A program made the translations under genes and the position numbers. DNA of 64,000 bases, taken from the human T2T-CHM13v2.0 reference genome, Homo sapiens. Positions 56,601-64,000 of this stretch are shown piece by piece. The stretch is taken from NCBI RefSeq assembly GCF_009914755.1, contig NC_060947.1, one strand, 5' to 3'. Position 1 is the first letter of the stretch. Each line of letters opens with the position of its first letter. The notes below the pieces were generated by a model. The model had not been told where the DNA came from. It searched no databases and was given only the letters and a program-made list of their open reading frames with translations.

Positions 56601-58401
56601 CACAGACTCTCTGTGCCTCAGTATCCTTTTCTCTGTCATAAATATTTTGATATTGAAATTGGTGACTTCATAGGTTAACTCAGACCTATAGAATGTCACG
56701 TTCATTTAGAATATGGGACAGCAAATTGTAAAGATGTCTGTCCACCTGCTACTCATTTGGCAAACAGTGCATATCCCAGGGAGCAGAACCCAGCGCAAGC
56801 AAGCTGTCCTACCATTATCAATTAAGGGCTTGAAGTCAAGAATGAGTCCCAAGCCACTGGTTTGCCAAGGAGTCTGCAAAATCTTGCTAGAACTTTGACT
56901 TTCAATTCTGGTTCTTGCAACTGCACTATTAAAGAACCTTGGCCTCTTCTTAGAGTAGACCAGGTCCGTCCACCAGGAATAGTTGCTAAGAGTTACGGGT
57001 TGGCCAGGGTTACTCTACATGAGAAGTGTATGGGGGTTTACTCACACACACCAAGTGCTTGGCTGGGCTTCTGGAATTGCCTACCTGTCAGGATAAGTTT
57101 TACTGTTACCAGCAGCAACCTAGCAACTAGGCTAAAAGTAATCACTAGCGTGGTGTGGTTTATAGGTTTTGTGTGGGAAAAAAATCCTCAAAATTATGAG
57201 TTACTTCCATTCTATTAGAATGTTGATGAAGACAGAGTGTCAAGGAGGGTTAATGGCATTTGTTTCAGGGAAAAGAAAAACGTTATTAGCAGATCCCAGC
57301 AATTTTAATAGACTCTATTGTCTATTGCCTCTATTGTTGATTGCCATCTGCTAAAATAGAGACTTTATTAAGTATAGCTTCTTTTACTGAAGATATCCCT
57401 GATTACTTCGGTGGATTTCTAAAAAATTTCTCCTCCATCCTCCTTGTGGGAAGTCTCAGGAAAAAAAAAGATTCAATATGATTCAAATAGGCTCTGCCAG
57501 AGAATCAATCTCTATCCTCTCTCTGTCTCTAGCTAGCTAGCTAATTAATCAATATTCCCAGAAAAAAGTCCTTAAACTTCTACCAGAATATGAGGTAAGA
57601 ATAACAGCCTTGGAGGAGTCATAGAAAAAAATGTCTGAATAGAGTCAAAATTCACGTAACACAAATTCCCTTGGTTAGCATGGCAAATGTATAGGCTTAT
57701 GCCTACGTGAAGAATTGAGCTAATGGCACTAGAGAATACTATTCAGGTAACTCACGGTGAGATGATTTCCCTTCAGTGGCCTGGCCTATATGCTATGCTA
57801 TCTATCTTACAAACACTTACTGAGTGCATGTTCTATGCATAGTATTGGACCAGATACTGTAGTGTTGTATAAGATTCTTGAGAAATTGTTTTCATGGTCA
57901 AACTTTTAGAAGGGATGCATACTGTATAGATTATCCCTTCCCCCCATACTTTCATAAATACACATACTTTGTTGATTCACCAAGCATGCACTGTAATAAG
58001 GGTCTGATTACTCCTATGGGAAAGAAGTCTGTTCGCTTTGATTTAACTTGATATTACCTAATCATTTTTTCATCCATAGAACCCTTTCTTGAGTTATTAC
58101 TTATTAAGATACAGTGGAACTAGTTCTGCCAAAACCCCATTTGGAAAAAGAAAACTCCCACTCTAGATGATGAGTATGTGAAGATCAGGATGTTATACCA
58201 TACAACCACCAAGGTATCACCAACCTGTTCCTGAATACTTCTACAACTTTACAAGGCAGCCTGTTCCATCTTTGGACAGCTTTATAACAATATTCCTCTC
58301 TCTATTAAGCTGAAATATACGTTCTTAGGACTAGGTTATATGCTTAAATTTATTCGGCCTAAGATCCCCTTTGGCTTTCCTTTCCCACTGTTCTATCACA
58401 T

Positions 58402-58415
58402 TGTGTGTTGTGTGT

Positions 58416-58444
<29 letters not shown>
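58402..58444. repeat. (TG)n microsatellite
   Basis: TG run with two interruptions at the left end. Confidence 0.9.
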
Positions 58445-58447
<3 letters not shown>

Positions 58448-58530
58448 GAGAGAAGTGAAACAGAAGGAGATTATTGTTGCTAAAAACTCTATGTTATCTC
58501 CATATTTGGAATGTTTTTGGTTGGTGTAGG

Positions 58531-58721
58531 CAGTGGTTCTCAAATTTTAATATGCATAGAAATAACTTGGAGGCCTGAAAGCTTGTTAAAAGTTCCCCAA
58601 GTCCCATCCCCAGAGATTCTGATTTAGTTGGATGGGGTAGGACCTACAAATTTAAATTTCTAGTGAGCTCATAGGTGATACCAATGCTGCCAGTCAGAGG
58701 ACCATACTTTGGGTAACACTG
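58531..58721. mobile_element. MER5-type MITE
   Basis: CAGTGGTTCTCAAA...CCCATCCCCAGAGATTCTGATTTAG...GGACCATACTTTGGGTAACACTG. Confidence 0.85.
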
Positions 58722-58724
58722 CGG

Positions 58725-59142
58725 TCTTGGGTACACTGTTGCTCTGCCAAGACCTCATGCCCTAGCTGGTTGGAATATTGACTACTAACAGCTCACAGCT
58801 GCCTCCCTCCCTGGAAATTGCCTTCAGCTGTAGGTAACAATCTTACTCCAGTCTGCTCTTTCCCATGGGGTGACCCAGGACCATTAACTCTCTAGTATTG
58901 GGTTCAAAGGTCCAGATCCCTTGCTTCAATTCAGCGTGTCTCTAAAGGGCCATGCAATTTCCAGAACTCCCCTGAAAATCTGATGAGGCCGCAACGCACT
59001 GCAGGCTTCACTGCACTTCTTCGTCTGTGCAATCTTGCCTATCTTACAACCTTACACATGTATCTCATGGGAACACTCCTCAACAAACCTTATGCACACA
59101 ACTCTCTATCTTAGTCTATTTCCAGGGAGCCCAGTCTAAGTT
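58725..59142 (+). mobile_element. ERVL LTR16-like solo LTR
   Basis: CTAACAGCTCACAGCTG...CCCTTGCTTCAATTC...AACACTCCTCAACAAACC...TTTCCAGGGAGCCCAGTCTAAG. Confidence 0.7.
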
Positions 59143-59169
59143 AGATGGGTTTTTTGTTTCATGTTTCTT

Positions 59170-59440
59170 TTGAACCCACATGTAGCACCTTGCATTTACA
59201 TTACATCTTTCAGTATTCAGCCTACCAGTCCAATTTGTTGAAAACTTTTTGGCTCCTGATACTCTTGTCTGCTATATTTGCTATTTCTCCCTGCTTTGTG
59301 GCATTGATTTGATAAGAATGTTATCTATGTCTTCATCCAAGCCACTGATGAAAATATTGAAAAGGACAGAGCTGAGATTAGATTACCGGGAATAGCTGCC
59401 TGAAACCTCCTTCCAAATTGATAGGTATCCATTAGACAGC
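59170..59440 (-). mobile_element. L3/CR1 LINE fragment
   Basis: TTTGATAAGAATG...TCTTCATCCAAGCCACTGATGAAAATATTGAAAAGGACAGAGC resembles reverse L3 RT region. Confidence 0.65.
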
Positions 59441-60777
59441 AGTGAAGGGAGCATAGGCCTCAGAGTTGCAGATTTGGGATGGAACAACAGTTCCGTTTAA
59501 GCAGAGGTCAAAAGCTAGACTCACAGCTAAAGAGAACAATGCCATTTTAGCATTTCTATTTTAATAGGAAACTTAAGTATCACTTATATAACACATTTCA
59601 ACAAAACATATCTCACTATAAAAACATAAAATCATAAATAATCATTATGAATTTATGATTATTATTCATCTAATTTGTCCCAGCATGAAAACTGTATTTG
59701 GTCATTTCATGGAGGGTTTTTTCGTTTACACATTTTAAAAAAGAGGTTGTGATAAAGTTGAAGTTCAACAGCTACCCCAACTTCACTAGGACATTTAAAA
59801 TACTGGCAATATAAAAGAAAAAGGCAATCCATCAGTAATTGTATGAGCGGCCATAAGTTTAAGCAACGTAGGTTATTATCTACAAAGGTGATTGAATTTG
59901 GTTCACCTGATTTGCTTTAATTGCTCTGTGGCATAAACACACTGACTGGACACAGAGTGATGTAATGAGTATCATAATTAGGAATTTGATAAAGCTAAGT
60001 GTGAAACTGACTATTAGAAGATATTTGAAACACACAACTACTGCTTTGAATGGGGAATTGATTTCCTAGTTAATTTAAATAATTTTCATCTCTTTCTATG
60101 AATACTGATGACAGACGGAATGACCACAGCATAAAACATTGGCTGGAAGAATGTCACTATGTACTTCAAGAAATTATTTCCCCCATGTTTTTTATTGAAA
60201 AGATAAACACCTGTCCATTTCCTTCCTAATAAAAATGTGGTAAGATTTTTTTAAATGAAAAAATAAAACTATCTGAAAATGCTTTTAACTGTTAATAAAC
60301 AGGGAGTAAGTAAAATAAAAATAGGCAAAAATATATTTGCAAAAATATGATAGAAGGAATTGCTAAGAATGTTGAGAATGATTCTTTATTTGTAAATTTT
60401 TGATAGTTTCTACAATAAGAATCACTTGTACTAAAGGAAAGAAGTTATTTCAAAATATAGAAGAAACATCCAAACACAGAAAAATGGTAGATAAAATACC
60501 AAAATAGAAAATCAAAAAGGCACAATCTGGGCTTAGAAACAAGTTAAGTAGCTCTGTGTTTCAGAAATGCCACAAAAACACACAGTGGTGCACGGGGCTG
60601 CAGACATAGGGCTTTTGGGGCCTGGGCTGGGAAGTAGGTAGCAGTAGCCAGGAGTTCAGATTCTGCTGGGCTCAAGAATCTATAAACACTCGGTATAAGA
60701 CAAAGGACCTGAGCCAGGCTCTTTGCTGCAATTAGTCAAGGATGATATCAGGTTTCCCTACGGGGTGAAAGGGAGCT

Positions 60778-60779
<2 letters not shown>

Positions 60780-60827
<48 letters not shown>
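60780..60827. repeat. Uninterrupted poly(A) tract (~48 nt)
   Basis: Direct observation. Confidence 0.95.
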
Positions 60828-60831
<4 letters not shown>

Positions 60832-61744
60832 CTATTGATCACAACCTAGAACTGATTAAATGACATCCCTTTTTAGGGGGAAATTGGAAAGATTAGATTT
60901 CATAAAACTCATTAATACCTATATGTCCAAACATTTTTAATATAAGAAATCATTTGAATTAATGATTTAGAGAAAGGAAACAGATCCCTGTTACATACTG
61001 AATAAAGCCAAAGGATCCCAAAACTATAAGATTTCTAGAATTGTGCAGAAAAAAATTAAGTCAAGTGATGATTATATTCATTTATTAAAAAAACTCAACT
61101 TTCTAAAAATAAATCTACCTAAATTCTATTTTTATTGAATGTTTTAAAGAAGTCTTTCTGAGAATGATACAGATAGAAATAAAATGAAAATATAAATATA
61201 ATTGAAAAGTAACATGATGGGTATTGTAGCTAACATTAATGGTTCAATTAAACCAAATAAGAAAAACTTTCTCCCATTTGCTTTAATATTTGATACTGTA
61301 ATATTAAATTTATGAACAAAAAACAGTCTGTTGGTATCCTATAATTTTTTATTAGGAAACAATGGTAAGTTTTCGATAATACTATTGTTTTTCCTGGGAA
61401 AACTGATACATAGGAGCATTTCTAAGCATATATTTTGGTGCGTTGGTTCAGCCCAGTTCAGGACTGTAGGACTGGGTTAGAATGAAAATGGCTACTTGGC
61501 TACATCACCAGGTAATTTTCCACACCAGTAAATCACCAATGACATGGTTCCAAATGTCTCCCTTTGTGTGCAATCCCTGCAAGCTAGAAACATTCTAATT
61601 ACTTGAAAGGAGATGACATAAAATGAAGCAGGCTGTTACCACTATGAACCTTTTAGATCCATATGGATCATGACACTCTCTGGCCCGGAGCCCCAAGATT
61701 TCACATCATAGATGTTATATTACCCTACTGTAGAATGCAGAGAA

Positions 61745-61828
61745 TTTTTTTTTTTTTTTGAGACAAAGTCTTGCTCTGTCGCCCAGGCTGTAGTGCAGTG
61801 GCACAATCTCAGCTCACTTAAACCTCCG
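61745..61828 (-). mobile_element. 5'-truncated Alu (3' ~70 bp plus tail)
   Basis: Poly-T then GAGACAAAGTCTTGCTCTGTCGCCCAGGCTG...CTCAGCTCAC, with an abrupt end. Confidence 0.88.
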
Positions 61829-62119
61829 AAGAGTTCTTATGCTTCATAATCAGTTGGGAAGATTTGGGTCTCAGCAATATAAAAATGGGATTGTCTTGTA
61901 ACTATACATATGACTCTCTCCTGAAGAGCCGAAAGACACATTTTCATACTGCTAAGTGTACCTAAAGGAGTTGATAATGGATTGAATTTTTTAACATACC
62001 AAATCCTCTCAGTCCTTAAAATGGACTACAAGGTACATTTCGCATAAGAGGAATTTAAAATAGGGTATTCAAAATTGAGAGGGTTGAACTGGTGGCTTTG
62101 GGGTCATTTGTAGCTTTAA

Positions 62120-62418
62120 ATTTAATTTAATTTTAAGAGATGGAGTCTCACTACGTCACCCAGGCTGGAGTACACTGGCATGATCATAGCTCACTGCAGC
62201 CTTGAACTGAACTCCTAGGTTCAAGAAATCCTCTTGCCTCAGCTTCCCAAGTAGCTGGGACTACAAACTTGGCTTTTTTTTTTTTTTTTTTATGTTTTGT
62301 AGAAATGGTATCTCACTATGTTGCCCAGGCTGGTCTCAAACTCTTGGCCTCTAGTGATCCTCCCACCCCCACCTCGGCCTCCCAAAGTGCTGGGATTATG
62401 GGGACATGTCCCACCAGG
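62120..62418 (-). mobile_element. AluJ SINE
   Basis: GATCATAGCTCACTGCAGCCTTGAAC...CTCACTATGTTGCCCAGGCTGG. Confidence 0.9.
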
Positions 62419-62999
62419 AACTTTAATATTTTAAATAAAATGTGCCACATATATATTATGAGCAGGCCCCAATGTAATAAAGGTTGTATTTTAAACAAAT
62501 ATCCCGCTAGCATTCTATCATATTTTTGTACATAGCTTTGAAGGCAGCAAATCTTTATCCTTTAAATTTTTGGAAATAATCCAAAGCCATTCAGTGCCCA
62601 ACATCTGATGAATTGTTTCATTCAATTACAAACAATTATTGAGTACAATTACTCAGCAAATAAAAGGTATGGCTATAAAATAATATAACAGTCTGCTGAG
62701 GATCATAAAACAGTCCTTAAGTAGTTCCAGAAAAGGAACTCTAAAATTATATTGCCAAGGGACGGTATTTGTAGATACAGCATATAAGACTCTTATGAAG
62801 TTCTAATGCTTGTCCCTCTCCTAAATAAACAAACAAATGAACAAGCAAAAATGTATAACACTATTTGCTTTTCTTCCCAGGAAAATGTTTTACTTTTTCA
62901 TTTGTTTTTACTTTCAGAAAAATTTGAGAATGCTTTTGGAAACATGTCATACATGTAAATATCATGCATCAAGTCTCAGGAGGGTAAAAAAAAAGCACT

Positions 63000-64000
63000 G
63001 GAATCAAAGGGAAGCAAGAAGATTCATTTCAAGGAAGACAGATCCAAGGCTGTTGTGAATGTCAAATGAGCGTAAAGACTTGATAACTGGCAGAATAGAG
63101 AAAAGTTGGTTACAATCTCCCAGAAATCTACAAAGGATGAAGAGGCTTTAGGATGAGGTGACAATAGGGATAAAGAGAGGGAATTGTTTCTAGAGCAATT
63201 TTTGAAGTAGAATTCACAGAATTTGGAAGCCAGTTTAATACATGTGTCAGTAGATTGGGAAAGAGAGATCAAGAGAAAGGTAGAAGGTAATTCTTAGGTT
63301 TCCAGTTTTAGAGACAATTAAGTTAGACAATTACACTACACTGAAAACACAGAAAATTTAACTTTCTTTTAGGGGCAAGATAATGCATTCTACTTGACAC
63401 ATTTTGCAGCCTGTAGCATATCCAGGTGGTAATGTAGGTTAGGTGGCAGAAAGTACAGTTCTGGAGATCAGGAGAAGAGTGTAAGATGGAAGTTGACACT
63501 GAGGAGTCTTAATGTTAACTGAAGCCAACAGACAAAGCTACTCAAAATGTGCAGAGAGAAAGAAGAGAGACAATTAAGAATGGAACATCAACATTTAAAA
63601 TTGCATTGAAGACAGAGAACTTGCACTGATCATTGTTACAACTCCCAACTTTGTATCTTGAGCTACTCCCCATAACTTAAGATTCATATATCCAGCTATC
63701 TACTCCACACATCTCCTAGATGTATAATAGGCATTTCAAATGTAACATATCCACATCTTCCTCCCAAAATATGTTACTCCTGGAGCCTTCCCCATCTCAG
63801 TAAATGATGACCCCATCTTTCCGTTGCTCAGGCTAAAAATTCTTGAGTCTTCTTGACTCTTTCTCTCACACCTAAATTTATTCCATTATAAAATCTGTTG
63901 TGCTCTGTACCCAAAATATAGTAGAATCCAACCACTCCTCACCACATTCACCTCTCCCATTCTGATCCCAGCCACAGTCATCTCTTGACTGAATTATGAC
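63000..64000. mobile_element. L2 fragments, - strand (~63000-63620) then + strand (~63640-64000)
   Basis: Purine-rich reverse L2 followed by pyrimidine-rich forward L2 (CTTCCCCATCTCAGTAAATG...TTGCTCAGGCTAAAAA). Confidence 0.65.

Larger units (their letters stand above)
40026..64000 (-). other. DMD: DMD intron 54 (3' part)
   Basis: Ends in the polypyrimidine/CAG acceptor at 40026-40045. No exon-54 sequence is seen in the remaining 24 kb. Confidence 0.88.

Overview
This is not a microbial window. It is AT-rich, repeat-rich primate (very probably human) genomic DNA from inside the dystrophin gene (DMD, Xp21), which is transcribed from the - strand. The only protein-coding element is the 190-bp exon 55 at 39836-40025, encoding spectrin-repeat rod domain. 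It is flanked by intron 55 (1-39835) and intron 54 (40026-64000). The rest is intron filled with Alu, L1, L2, L3/CR1, MIR, MaLR/ERVL LTRs, hAT and Tc1-mariner MITEs and microsatellites, and the other ORFs in the track are spurious. I found no new multi-gene system. The most notable non-coding signals are: (i) three latent pseudoexons in intron 55, each one base from an active splice site; (ii) two short ungapped local duplications (162 bp and 79 bp) with similar divergence (~12-13%) and spacing (~1.75 kb); (iii) a perfect 20-bp palindrome containing a canonical RFX X-box, plus a second X-box cluster; (iv) a multi-hairpin element ~1.4 kb upstream of exon 55 that pairs better on the DMD-sense strand; (v) an Alu fused to an L1 without a TSD; (vi) an orphan A48 tract. 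Repeat subfamily names come from recalled consensus sequences and their boundaries are approximate.
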